DNA of 64,000 nucleotides from Eledone cirrhosa. Lineage: Eukaryota. The position numbers and the translations under genes were made by a program. The notes below the pieces were generated by a model. That model made no database searches. It worked only from the letters and a program-made list of their open reading frames with translations, and was not told the origin of the DNA. Positions 15,212-28,518 of this stretch are shown piece by piece. Each line of letters begins with the position of its first letter. The stretch's first letter is position 1. Location of the stretch: the NCBI GenBank assembly GCA_964016885.1, contig OZ024740.1:112034001-112098000 (forward strand). The letters are read 5' to 3'.

Positions 15212-16111
15212 ATGAGTACCTCTCGTTACAACCCTACCACTGGTATGGCGAAATATGTTTCATTTAAACTCCTTTTATATTACACAAAAGAAACATGTGC
15301 TTAGAATACCAGGTGAAGATGTGAACCATTTTAGTAAAATTAAATCTATTTCTCTTTCCAAAGATATTTTTAACATATTTTATATTAGGAGAAACTTAAT
15401 CTTTTAAGTGTTTCGGGCATCACAAGAACTTAATCTGGCCCTTAATGTATAAGGTACATAAATATGTAGTGCGTACGCACCCATCAGTAGCGTGTATTCC
15501 TAAGAAACAGGGTAAACAATGATCTATACAAATTATTATATTATCTAACATATTATTTTCTGTTTCACAGATAAGGGATCATATTAACGTATTAACTGTA
15601 CTTCTCAGAGACAATATTCCCCCTAATAGATACCTTATCATGATACTTGAATAAAGATATTAATATTTTGGGTTAATCTATCAATGGACCCCTTAACTCC
15701 CGACGGAGTCGTAGTGGCGCCATCATGACACATGGCGTGTCTTGGACGGATCTCTCCAGGTCAAAACACGTCCGAGTTCTTCTCCTTCGAGAGGGCAAGA
15801 ACCGACCCAGTATTGTATTTATCAGCCACGAAAGGTTGACAAGCAAAGTTGACATAGGCGAACAAATAACGCAAAGCCTTTTACCCGACCTTCTAACGAC
15901 TCTTTACCGCCTTTTTTTGGATTAATATATATTAATAATGGTATAAACTTCTTTCGTGTCTATTACGCAACATTTGCTGACTCTAACATTTTTCCACTGC
16001 ATGACCCTAATACATGCACACAAACACACAAACACAAGCTCATATCTATGATGTACTCACACACACACACACACACACACACTTTTATTATGTACATCCA
16101 TATATGTACAC

Positions 16112-16316
16112 TGCGTGTGGCTGATTGGTTACAGAACTCGATATGCAATCATGAGGTTGTCAGTTCGATTCCCGGACCGGGCGATGCGTTATGTCCTTGA
16201 GCAAGACACTTTATTTCACGTTGCTCCTTCGACCAGGAGTTGTGACCGATAGAGAGTATTAGCAAGACCAACGGAAAAATTGTTTCCTCGGTCCGATTTG
16301 ACAAAAGTCGATCGAA
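16112..16316 (+). mobile_element. tRNA-derived SINE family B
   Basis: A-box GTGGCTGATTGGTT, B-box AGTTCGATTCCC. Body matches the reverse complement of 13774-13990. Confidence 0.88.
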
Positions 16317-16501
16317 AAATAAAAAATAAAGAATATATGCATACAAACACACGTGAATGGTTTATATACGCGCATGAAGAAATATATATGTTGCATATAC
16401 ATGTATACATACATGTATACGTACACATACAAACGTGTGTATGTATACACATACATATATACATACACATGTGTATGTATACACACACACCCACACCCAC
16501 G

Positions 16502-16552
<51 letters not shown>

Positions 16553-16590
16553 ACACACATACACACACACACGCACATACAATATGTGTT

Positions 16591-16887
16591 GGATCTCCGT
16601 CGATTCCAACGAAGAGTGTTCCAGCTGTACGAACCATGGAGCAGCTTGTTCGTGAAATTGACGTACAAGTAGCAAAGCATTCCATGGACATATGCCCCCT
16701 TAACGTATAGTTCTCGACGAGATTCAACTAGACACAGTATGTGAAAAAGCTGGCCCTTTGAATTACGGGTAGAACTCATTTTTGCCAGCTGAGTAGACTT
16801 GAGCGCCACAAAATAATGGGCCTTGCTCAAGAACACAACGCTTCACCTGGAATCGAAATCACGACCAACATAACCACTAAACCACGC
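16591..16887 (-). mobile_element. Diverged tRNA-derived SINE family C (cephalopod-type)
   Basis: CCCTTAACGTA..TTCTC..GAGATTCA..GCTGGCCCTTTGAATTAC..CAGCTGAGT body is shared with the copies at 42094-42943. Confidence 0.75.
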
Positions 16888-17069
16888 ACACACAAATACA
16901 TACCCACAAATGTTATCACAAAATATGACATCTAAACATTGCACACTAGCGGACACACAGACACACAGGCATGCTTGAACACACACAGACACACAGGCAT
17001 GCTTGAACACACACACACAGGCTTGCTTGAACACACAGACACACACACATGCACACACACACTCTCACA

Positions 17070-17779
17070 CACATACACTATAGTGTCAGAACACACGCAC
17101 ACACACACACACTATAGTGTAAGAACACATGCACACACACACTCTCACACACACTCACACACATACTATAGTATAAGAACACATGCACACACACACGCAC
17201 ACACACACGCACACACACACTATAGCGTAAGAACACATGCACACACACTCTCACACACACACTCACACACATACTATAGTATAAGAACACATGCACACAC
17301 ACACGCACACACACACTATAGCGTAAGAACACATGCACACACACTCTCACACACACACTCACACACATACTATAGTATAAGAACACATGCACACACACAC
17401 TCACACTCACTCACACACACATACATACACACACATACACACACACACACACACACACTATAGTGTAAGAACACATGCACACACACACACACATTCACAC
17501 ATAGATACACGCACACATACACACACACTATAGTGTAAGAACACATGCACACACACACACATACACACACACTATAGTGTAAGAACACATGCACACATAC
17601 ACACACACACTCACACACACATATACACACACACACACATACACACACACACTCACACTCGCACACACACACATATACACACACACACACACACTATAGT
17701 GTAAGAACACACGCACACACACACACACACACACTATAGTGTAAGAACACATGCACACACACACACACACACTCACACT

Positions 17780-17811
<32 letters not shown>

Positions 17812-18030
17812 TACACACTATAGTGTAAGAACACACGCACGCACACACACACACACTATAGTGTAAGAACACATGCACACATACACGCACATACACACAC
17901 ACACTCACACTCGCACACAGACACATATACACACACACACACTATAGTGTAAGAACACACGCACACACACACACACTATAGTGTAAGAACACACGCACAC
18001 ACACACACTATAGTGTAAGAACACATGCAC
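17070..18030. repeat. Compound repeat: constant CTATAGTGTAAGAACACATGCAC core with variable (CA)n spacers
   Basis: Roughly 18 copies of the core embedded in CA-rich sequence. Confidence 0.9.
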
Positions 18031-18179
18031 GAAAATAGAGACGAGCACACAAACAGACTAACATGGTATTTGTATAAGTTTATATACATTACACTGTCAT
18101 ATATAGCTGTGGATATATGAGTGTGTGTTTTGTTTCAGTGTGTGCCATAGGGTTGCATGTGAACATCTGTATGTCAGTG

Positions 18180-18463
18180 AAGGGCCGGTGGTCTCTTCGG
18201 GGTAACTAGGCACGCAACTAGATTACGAACTTCGGAAGGGCGCATTACTGAAGATGTATAATTTGTATAAAATATATTTTTAAACATAATTTCTAAAATA
18301 ATTTTTTTAATAATTTTTTAAATTACTTCCTGCCCTCAATAAATAAATAAATCACTAAACATCTTTGCCGCGTGTAATTTATTTCGGAAAATGTGCATAA
18401 ATGGGAGGAGGTGTAACACTATGGGGCTAGCCTTGAAGGCTATGTACCTAGGTGCCGGTCCCG
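18180..18463. mobile_element. Old hAT-like MITE
   Basis: Termini AGGGCCGG and CCGGTCCCG. Possible degenerate 8-bp TSD TGTCAGTG/TTTCAATG. Confidence 0.5.
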
Positions 18464-18666
18464 TTTCAATGAACATGTGTGTGTGTGTTAATCTCTCATA
18501 TCTATGTATGATTCTGTAGCTGGAGTAGAATCTTTGTCTGAACTTTATTTGATGAGAGCCTACTACAAAAATTATAGCAATTATTTCATTGAGACCCTCT
18601 CTTCAAGGCCGCATTGAGTTCTAACAACGTTATTGGCCTCACTACAAACAGGTGAATACTAATATA

Positions 18667-18710
<44 letters not shown>

Positions 18711-19275
18711 GATTTATGAGCGAATATTTACCCTTATTTAAGGTATTCTAAAGAGGTACCATATTTAAGATATCTACCTAAAATATTCCTTCCAATCAGG
18801 GGTACCTTATTTCAGGTACTTGTCTATATATTTCTTTCTACAGCTGCAACTTACTTGAAGAACCTTTCTATTCCTTCCTCTCAGGGGTACCTTCTTTCAG
18901 GTACTTGTCTGAATATTCCATCCTGCTGGTTAACCTATTTCAGATGTTGATAGCGATTACCTACTAAATGACTGTAAAATCAAGGCTGGCCTGGGGTTGC
19001 ATAAAAACGAACTACCTGCATACCATACGCTGTCTGGAATAGGGTTGACGTGGTGCTATACACCAACAACTACCTGCTTGCTATGGGTGTGCTGGCTCAG
19101 GTCTAACCTGAGGTTTCACAACAGCAACAACATCAAGGACCGAGAGGGCGTGTAATAAGAAACCCGTTCATACACATCAATATATATATATATATATATA
19201 TAATAATTGTTTCTACGTTAGAATAATAAAGGACGATTTGTTATGTCTTCATTGCGTTATATTCTATATATATAT

Positions 19276-19338
<63 letters not shown>

Positions 19339-19459
19339 ACTGAATGTCCAGCGGTGAAGCTTAAAAATTGTTTCAATGGCATCGAAGCAGTTTAAGCTTG
19401 GCCATCGTGCTAGCTAGTCTATAATATTATCTACACTCTACTTATCCTCACAAATGGAC

Positions 19460-19765
19460 TGCTGAATAATACGGTGTGATGCTCCGAGATCAGTGAGCCG
19501 TTCCAAGTGGAGCTGCATCTTCTCTGCATCCAGAGATCAGAGTTTTGATACTACGGACATCTGGTTAGAATGTCTAAGTAAAGAATCGCTGGACAGATTT
19601 TATGGGCAAACCTAACCGACAGGAGACCCAGAGGTAGACCACAGTTGGATAACATCCATAAGCTCGGTTGATCTCGTTTAACTCAGTTGGAAGTGAATGC
19701 TTCTGACACGACCCTCTGGAAGGCGTATCTGAAAAATCTGCTAGTACACCCCTGGATTCTCCCAA
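19460..19765 (+). mobile_element. RTE-like LINE 3' fragment
   Basis: Encodes YYGHLVRMS*..RIAGQILWANLTDRRPRGRP..W. Same family as 10118-10342. Confidence 0.75.
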
Positions 19766-20504
19766 ATTTACTCTACTAGCATCAGTATATTTCAGTGGAT
19801 CTATAAGTTATTACTGGAAGTACGTGAGTTAATTTCAAAATTTAAAGTTTTCTAAATATAAAAATGTTATTCACTTTATTAAAAGCATTATAATACACAG
19901 CGATCTTCTCTAAATATATAAATTTGTCTCCTTCGTTTATTATTATTACACAACATACATACGCAAGCACACACGCATACACACATACACAAAACAAACA
20001 CACACACACACAAACATAACGCATACACACAAACACAACACATAGACACAAACACAACACACACCAGCACACACACACACACAAACACAACACACACACA
20101 CACATAAACACACACACACACAAACACAACACATACAGACAGAAACACAACACATACACATACAAACAGACACAAACACACTCCAGCACACAACACACAC
20201 ACTCCAGCACACACACTCCAGCACACAACACACACACTACAACACACAAACACTCCAACACAAACACTCTCACACACACACACACTCCAACACACAAACA
20301 CTCCAACACAAACAGTCTAACACACACACTCCAACACACAAACGCACACACCAGCACACATACGTGCCTAAACGTGGGAAGGCTAAATGACGTACGTGTA
20401 TCACGTGATATATACAATGTAACATGCACCCACGTGGCTGGGGCGTTTCTTTTCCTTGCGGTTTGTTGTGAAAGTTCCTGTAACGGTTGTAACTGTTATT
20501 TTGT

Positions 20505-21397
20505 TATGATGGTTCTTACTGTTGATGATGTTATTGGTAGTGGCTGTTGTTGGTGGTAGTGGTGTAGTGGCTGTTGTTGCTGGTAGTGGTGGTGGTGTTT
20601 ATTGTTATTGTTGTGCTGGTGGTAGTGGTCGTGGTGATTGTTGTTGTGGTGGTGGTTGTTATTTTTGTTGTGGTGGTGGTTGTTATTGTTGTTGTGGTGG
20701 TGTTTATTGTTATTGTTGTGCTGGTGGTGATTGTTGTTGTGGTGGTGGTTGTTATTGTTGTGGTGGTGGTGTTTGTTGTGGTGATTGTTGTTGTGGTGGT
20801 GGTGGTTGTTATTGTTGTGGTGGTGGTGGTTGTTATTGTTGTGCTGGTGGTGGTTGTTGTGGTGATTGTTTTTGTGGTGGTGGTTGTTATTGTTGTGGTG
20901 GTGGTGGTTGTTATTGTTGTGGCGGTGGTAGTTGTTGTGGTGATTGTTGTTGTGGTGGTGGTTGTGGTGATTGTTGTGGTGGTGGTAGTTGTTATTGTTG
21001 TGGTGGTGGCAGTTGTTATTGTTGTGGTGGTGGTGGTTGTAATTGTTGTTGTGGTGGTTGTAATTGTTGTTGTGGTGGTAGTTGTTATTGTTGTGGTGGT
21101 GGTAGTTGTTATTGTTGTTGTGGCGGTGGTTGTGGTGATTGTTGTTGTGGTGGTGGTTGTTGTTGTGGTGGTTGTGGTGGTGGTGATTGTTGTTGCGGTG
21201 GTGGTTGTTATTGTCGCTGTTGTTGTAGTTGTTGTGGTGGTGGTGGCTGTTATTGTTGCTGTTGTTGTAGTTGTTGTGGTGGTTAATGTTGCTGTTGTTT
21301 ATTGTGGTTGTGGTAGTTATTGTTGATGTTGTTGTAGTGTTTGTGTTGGTTATTATTGTTGTTAGTGGTTGTGGTGATCGTGGTGGTAAGGTTGTGG
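20505..21397. repeat. Degenerate (GGT/GTT)n trinucleotide low-complexity tract
   Basis: Mosaic of TGG, TGT and TAT triplets. Confidence 0.9.
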
Positions 21398-21600
21398 TTT
21401 GGTAGAATCGTTTGAATGTCGGTCGAAATTGTTTGCTTCCTATGATCCAGCTGTTTACGTACTCAGTTCAAATCCTGCCGAGATCAACGTTGCCCTCCAT
21501 CATTTCGGTTTCGATAAAAATAGAGTACCTCTCATTTACTGGCGTTTCACCCCCACCTCTCACCCCCAAAAATGCCAGTCTTATCCCTAAATTAGAAAGT
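21398..21600 (+). mobile_element. Old, diverged family A-related SINE
   Basis: Contains CAGTTCAAATCCTGCCGAGATCAACGTTGCCCTCCATC..TCGATAAAAATAGAGTACC. Confidence 0.7.
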
Positions 21601-21604
21601 AATG

Positions 21605-21820
21605 GTTTCTGATTTAGACAAGGTCAGCAATTTTTTGTGGGGGAGGGGAAGTCGATAAAATCGACTCCAGTGCGTAACTGGTACTTTATTTTATCGACCC
21701 CGTAAGGATGAAAGGCAAAGTTAACCCAGGCAAGATTTGATTTCAGAACGTAAAGGGCCATAACTTTATGCTGCAAAGCATGGTGTCCGACTCTCGACTG
21801 ATTCTGCCAATTCGCCGCCC
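21605..21820 (-). mobile_element. SINE family A (longer subtype) inserted into the tail of an older SINE
   Basis: Full head GGGCGGCGAATTGGCAGAATC on the minus strand. 13-bp TSD TTAGAAAGTAATG at 21592-21604 and 21821-21833. Confidence 0.9.
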
Positions 21821-22147
21821 TTAGAAAGTAATGTTGTTGGCTTAGAACCCTTGTTAATTTATTAACAAGAGTATTTGGCTACTATTTTTAGCAGCTTGTA
21901 AAAGGTTAGTTCTCTGTAACTATCCCATTTAAATCACACATCCCAGTTGTCAACTATCGATTTAATAATTAATTTATTTAGATGGTTTTTATATTTATTT
22001 GTTTAATTTTGGTGGGCGGAGCAAGGGGCGGTGTCAGACTTTTTTTGGGTTTTTGTCATATCACTGACAAATCAGAACAACTGTAAGCACCACACCTTTT
22101 CTTAGAAATGACAGGTATGTATAGTTCTACTACAACTGCTAAACCTG

Positions 22148-22460
22148 ATACATACGTACATATATGCTTGCGTACATACATACATAAATGCATGCATACA
22201 TGCATGCATACATACATACATACATACATACATACATACATACATACATACATACATGCATACATATCTACATTCATACATACATGCATACGTACGTACA
22301 TACATACATACATGCATACGTACGTACATACATACATACGTACGTACGTACGTACGTACGTACATACATACATACATACATACATACATGCATACATATC
22401 TACATTCATGCATACATACATGCATACATACGTACGTACATACATACATACATACATACA

Positions 22461-22491
<31 letters not shown>

Positions 22492-22525
22492 CTACATTCA
22501 TACATACATACATACATACATACAC
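22148..22525. repeat. (CATA)n / (CGTA)n / (CATG)n microsatellite
   Basis: Read directly from the sequence. Confidence 0.95.
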
Positions 22526-22785
22526 ACACAAATATATACAAATATACATATAGAAACACATAAACTCTTAGATAACTATGTATGCATACATATAACCTCA
22601 ACATAGCAATCTACTCGAAATATCAGTATGTATGTATGTGCGTGTGTATGATTGTCCTATTCACAAGGATGATGATGTTGACGGCTCTGGCAGTGATGGT
22701 GATGGTGGAGGTAACTGTGATGATAGGGTGGATTGACTGGGACTGGATCGTGTTTGGTGCTATGTCACGAGCTAATTCAGAGGAT

Positions 22786-23000
22786 CATAGGCCGTTCTAA
22801 TAGTGGTGGCCTATGAACACTAGCTGCTCATAGGCCGTTCTAATAGTGGTGGCCTATGAACACTAGCTGCTCATAGGCCGTTCTAATAGTGGTGGCCTAT
22901 GAATTCTAGCTGCTCATAGGCCGTTCTAATAGTGGTGGCCTATGAATTCTAGCTGCTCATAGGCCGTTCTAATAGTGGCGACCTATGAACACTAGCTGCT
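22786..23000. repeat. 43-bp tandem repeat x5 with an internal hairpin
   Basis: Unit CATAGGCCGTTCTAATAGTGGTGGCCTATGAACACTAGCTGCT starting at 22786, 22829, 22872, 22915 and 22958. Confidence 0.95.
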
Positions 23001-23404
23001 TGGCACACACCCCGCCAAATGGTTCCCTTCAAACAAGAATTACAGATTCCCTCCACGCCATAGTTCTACAGATGATAGGTGACGATTTAGCAGCCAATTC
23101 GTGAGAGTGTCGGATAAAATACATTCCAATCGTGACCATTCCCTGTTTTTTGTTTTTTTTAGTACGTACAACAACATCATGCAATAAGTCCAATTCTTAT
23201 TAACTCTTTAACCCTTTTGATAATAAATCGCCCAAAGCTGCCACTCGTTTTAAGCTCTATATGATAAAGTGTTTATATTATTAAAATAACCTTCTACCAT
23301 AATCTTTAAAAAAGTTGTTCCAAAACCAGAAAAAGTTGAATATATTTTTTAATCTTTCCAAAATCTTGATTATTTTCAAAATATTTTGAAAATATAGTCA
23401 TAAC

Positions 23405-23660
23405 CACAGTAAGGTGTGATTTGAGGATTAATTAACTGTTATTTCTAGCAAGTGGAGTGACCATATAAAAACTTGCTCATTGCATCTGTTGTTGTTGTTT
23501 AGATCCAGTTTAATTCTGATCCAACTAACTTATGATCAAAATTTTCCTACCGTAACCATCCCGTGTTTTAAAATTATGAAGGACCTCACCATATTAGAAG
23601 TTCATTCCTTGTGAAGAGACGTGAGAGGTGTGTTTTGAAGATGAATTGGGCGGTTTGAAA
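23405..23660. mobile_element. Fragments of an old interspersed repeat (SINE-like)
   Basis: AGGTGTGATTTGAGG..TATTTCTAGCA and TATGATCAAA..CCGTAACCATCCCGT motifs recur near 23075-23150, 28910-29065 (reverse), 33900-34000 and 34240-34310. Confidence 0.55.
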
Positions 23661-24867
23661 TCTGAAGTACATTTATGCGTTGTCTCCTCGAAAACAAGAA
23701 CAGCACCAGCAGCCCGAATTCAAATCCTGCCGAGTTGTACTTTGCCATTCATAATACGAGTCTAGTGTGATGGATGCAATGAGATACCTTACGATATTTG
23801 TTCCGATCGTCTTTTGCGTTCTGAGTTTAAACACCGTTAATGCCTAGTAGGGTGGTACATTTAATTCGTCGCTCATTTTAACACCACATGGCTTTTTGGT
23901 GACTTTACTTGATTTTGCAAATATTCAGTCCAGGTTTCCAGTCTGAGAATTCCTTCCTTTGCCCTCCGCCCTTCACATTTTGGGGCATTCTGAAAAGGCT
24001 CGTAGGCCTGTCTCTTACTCTCTGACAAAACAATAAAAAAAGGACTAGCTTCATTTCAGTATCAACCACAAGAAGGACCTGAAAATGTCATATATCTAAA
24101 GTACATCCTCCATTTACTAACTTAAAAAAAAACCCAGCTATATTGACAGAAAGTCAGATTCTTGTGTTGTAAACTTAATCCGTTGTCCTGTTTAACAGCA
24201 CCACGCGGCTCTGGGGTGCTTTTAGTAGAATACTCTTTGTTTCAAAAACAAAAACAAAACGTTACCAAATGCTTGATAGGGAGGAGAAACTAGCTTTACT
24301 GCCAATAGTCAGTCCAGAGTCGCAGGTTTGTGGATACTCTCCTCTTTCCATATCACCATACTCGAAGGCCCTGGAGAGGGTCCTAGACACTACCCTTCTC
24401 TACTTAACTGAACAGGAAACATTAAAAAATAATAAAAACACAGACAGATAGACAAAATATTCTCTTCACTCTTACATTGAATAGAAGAAAAGCGAACACG
24501 AGGACAAAAATATATATATATATACATATAACAAAGAAAATTGGTGAGAAACTTGGTGTCCTGCAGGGTGAACTTTTAATTGTCAGCTTATTTCACGTGT
24601 AAGAATGGTAAATAGAAATAATTATAAAGAAAATAATAACGGAGAGGTGTGGAATAGTAGCCCTCCTCTCACTATCTCTATTGTTATAGAACTGTTGTAT
24701 TGTGTATGGCAACAACAACAACAGCAAGAACAGCTACTGCAGCTACAACAACAACAAAACAAAAGAGTAGATTTATGAAATAGTCTATAAATTGGTTGAA
24801 CAACCATTGTGGCGTGAATGAGACCCAATACACAATAGCGAGAAAATAGAGGGAACATTCTATTCTT

Positions 24868-24916
24868 TATATATATATATAATGATAAATATATATATAT
24901 ATATATATATATAATG

Positions 24917-24957
<41 letters not shown>

Positions 24958-25066
24958 GATAAATATATATATATATATATATAATGATAAATAAATATAT
25001 ATATATATATATATATATAATGATAAATATATATATAAAGATAAATATATATATATATAATGATAA

Positions 25067-25097
<31 letters not shown>

Positions 25098-25104
25098 ATG
25101 ATAA

Positions 25105-25135
<31 letters not shown>

Positions 25136-25138
25136 ATG

Positions 25139-25175
<37 letters not shown>

Positions 25176-25196
25176 GATAAATATATATATATATAA

Positions 25197-25229
<33 letters not shown>

Positions 25230-25247
25230 GATAAATATATATATATA

Positions 25248-25288
<41 letters not shown>

Positions 25289-25380
25289 ATACATATATAT
25301 GCATATATATATATATACATATATATGCATATATATATATATACATATATATGCATATATATATATATACATATATATGC

Positions 25381-25413
<33 letters not shown>

Positions 25414-25726
25414 TATACATATGTATATATATATATATATATACATACATATATATATACATATATATACATATATATATATATACATACATATATATAT
25501 ATATATATACATATATATACATACATATATATATACATACATATATATATATAATCATATATATACATATATATATATATACATATATACATATATATAT
25601 ATACATATATATATATACATACATATATATATATAATCATATATATACATATATATATATATATATACATATATATATACATATATATACATACATATAT
25701 GTATATATATACATATATATATATAC

Positions 25727-25758
<32 letters not shown>

Positions 25759-25786
25759 GTACATACATATATATATATATACATAC

Positions 25787-25828
<42 letters not shown>

Positions 25829-26075
25829 ATTTGTATGGATATGTGTGTGTGTGTGTATTTGTATGGATATGTGTGTGTGTGTGTATTTGTATGGATACGT
25901 GTGTGTGTGTGTGTGTGTATTTGTATGGATATGTGTGTGTGTGTGTATTTGTATGGATACGTGTGTGTGTGTGTGTATTTGTATGGATACGTGTGTGTGT
26001 GTGTGTATTTGTATGGATACGTGTGTGTGTGTGTGTGTGTATTTGTATGGATACGTGTGTGCGTGTGTGTGTATT
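24868..26075. repeat. Compound (TA)n / TATAATGATAAA / GTATTTGTATGGATA microsatellite block
   Basis: Read directly from the sequence. Confidence 0.95.
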
Positions 26076-26275
26076 TTATGAGTATGTAACAAACATCCAT
26101 ATGTCTACAGCTGGTCTCCTTCCTATCTCTTCCTTCGTGTTACCACTGCTACTACTACTTATAAATATACACATTTATACAACCCTATAATGCATTTACA
26201 CATACATTCTCTCTCTCTTCCTCTCTCTCATACTTTATCCCTTTCTCTCATGTTCTCTCCCTCTCTCTCTCTTTG

Positions 26276-26314
<39 letters not shown>

Positions 26315-26855
26315 TCCTCTCTCTCTCTCTATCTCTCTCTCTCTATCTCTGCTTTCTCACGCCATTACTATTTATCCCCCCCTCTCTCTCTATTTAAATA
26401 TATGTATGCATACATTTGTGCGTGCATGCCCGTGCATATATATATATATATATATATACATATATAGATATATATTATATATATATTATATGTGTGTGTG
26501 TGCGTATGTATAGGCGTATATGAGAATGTGTTAGTACACAGAAAGTGAGAGAGACAACCAAAATAGAGTGTGCAGTTTGACACACGGGCACGCGTACACA
26601 CACATACAGGCATGCTCTCAAACATGCTACTACATACCTCACACATATACGTAAAAGCCCCGTCTATTTAATAACATAACATAGTATAACTTTTATTTCT
26701 ATTATTCAGACAATTGTTTGCTCACATTATGTAGCCCTTTTCTGTTTACCTCTTCTTTATTATCGGCACCCCATATTTCATTTCATTGTGCTTTTGTGCG
26801 TGGAGGTTTCTTTTCACCGTTTTTTCTATGAGCGTATTTGTGCATCTGTGTATTT

Positions 26856-26924
<69 letters not shown>

Positions 26925-27792
26925 TGTGTAATGTATTTGGAATCACTACAAAACAATTCAGTAAAAAGAACTCAATAAAATAAAGCAGAGAAATCTAATG
27001 AAATACACACACACACCCACCCACACATACACACAATCACACATACACACACATACATACACACTCACACCACACACCCACACATACACACACACACACT
27101 CACACCACACACACCCCCACACACACCCACACACACACACACACAAATATAGAAATATCTTAAATAAGGCCCATAATTGACGAAAGCGAAGATCGCAGTA
27201 AAGTACTTTAAAATAAAGAAACCTTATAAACGTCTCACCCCAGGGCAAACTTCTTGTCAAGTGACCTAAATCTAGAGGGCTTAACAATTTTTTCCCCTTT
27301 ACTACAGTTTCACAAGCTAAAGTAACAGAATTTGCCATCTCAATCAATAAAGATAGATATTTCTGAATTATATTCTACGCGATATTATTTATTGAGATCT
27401 AATGTATATTACTGACTAATTTTTAAATATATATGGGGGGGGGGGTCTCTAGGACTCATTTTAAGTAAAGATACTATCAACATCAAAACACGTTCCGAAA
27501 TCCTGAACAAAATTTTGTACACAAGTTTGTGAATATGGTCATTAAAATGTAATAATATCAGAATCTAAGAAGTTACTAGAAACATATTGGAATATGTCAA
27601 ACTTTAAAATCAAGTTAACGATGGTTTCTATCTTGAACTCCTGTTCAAAGCCAATATGTTTTGTATTGTCGTACATCGACATATTTCTTAAGTTAGTTTA
27701 TGTCTGGTCTTTTCGGCAAAACGCTAATCGGTTTATTGCGTTGTCTATGCCAGATCACATGGTCCGTGTCCAGAGAAGAAATATACACACAT

Positions 27793-27855
<63 letters not shown>

Positions 27856-27859
<4 letters not shown>

Positions 27860-28050
27860 AAAAGAGTCAGGACCCTGACGGCTGAGCTCCGGCCTTTTCG
27901 ACAGCTAGATCCGAACTAGATGTCGAAACGAAACGGTCGGAGATCAGCCGTCGGTCCTGACTCTTTTCCTATTACCCACTCTACTACCCTAAGTATCGAG
28001 TACTCTGGTGCGTTATGGTCCACCTGGTTCCTTACCACGCTTTCTTTGTT
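27856..28050 (+). mobile_element. Fold-back element family P1 in (TA)n (Penelope-like)
   Basis: Inverted arms of about 55 bp plus a tail CCCACTCTACTACCCTAAGTAT..GTGCGTTATGGTCCA. Homologues at 46415-46554 and 59248-59445. Confidence 0.75.
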
Positions 28051-28062
28051 ATATATATATAT

Positions 28063-28134
<72 letters not shown>

Positions 28135-28148
28135 TTGCGTTTGTATTG

Positions 28149-28338
28149 GGCGGTGGATTGGCAGTATCGGTGGAGGTTCGGACGCCATACTTCGACGCAT
28201 AGAGTTACGGCCCTTGCCATTCTGAGTTCAAATCCCGCCGAGGTTAACTTTGCCTTTCATCCTTACGGGGTCGATAAAATAAAGTACCAGTAATGTACTG
28301 GGTAATTGTGGCCTTGTGCCAAAAGTAGGAAACAATTA
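28149..28338 (+). mobile_element. SINE family A, full length
   Basis: Head GGCGGTGGATTGGCAGTATCGG (A-box), GAGTTCAAATCCC (B-box), core TTTGCCTTTCATCCTTACGGGGTCGATAAAATAAAGTACCAG, and an ACAATTAT tail. Confidence 0.93.
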
Positions 28339-28389
28339 TATATATATACATATATGAAATGTTGCTCCAAAGTAAATGACTATAATAAT

Positions 28390-28518
28390 TGTTTCTAATT
28401 TAGGCACAAGGCCAGCAAATACCCAGTGCATTACTGATACTTTATTTTATCGACCCCGTAAGGATGAAAGGCAAAGTCAACCTCGGCGGGATTTGAACTC
28501 AGATCGTAAAGGGACGTA
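28390..28518 (-). mobile_element. SINE family A, 5'-truncated
   Basis: TSD ACTATAATAAT at 28379-28389 and 28519-28529. Confidence 0.9.

Noticed and set aside
17070-18030. CRISPR-like constant repeat with variable spacers
   Set aside because: The spacers are just (CA)n variants, the context is eukaryotic, and there are no cas genes.
20522-21286. Cys/Gly-rich ORF resembling keratin-associated or metallothionein proteins
   Set aside because: It is a translation of a GGT/GTT low-complexity tract that is also open as poly-Val. No independent gene signals.
22148-22525. Large (CATA)n tract as another retrotransposon insertion site
   Set aside because: No element sequence is adjacent. At most it is an empty potential target.
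22786-23000. Palindromic repeat array as CRISPR
   Set aside because: The units abut with no unique spacers.
24622-26190. Numerous YI/HT/CV-repeat ORFs here and throughout the window
   Set aside because: They are dinucleotide and tetranucleotide microsatellite translations.
28149-28240. tRNA gene (A and B boxes)
   Set aside because: There is no cloverleaf, and it is the head of a multi-copy SINE.
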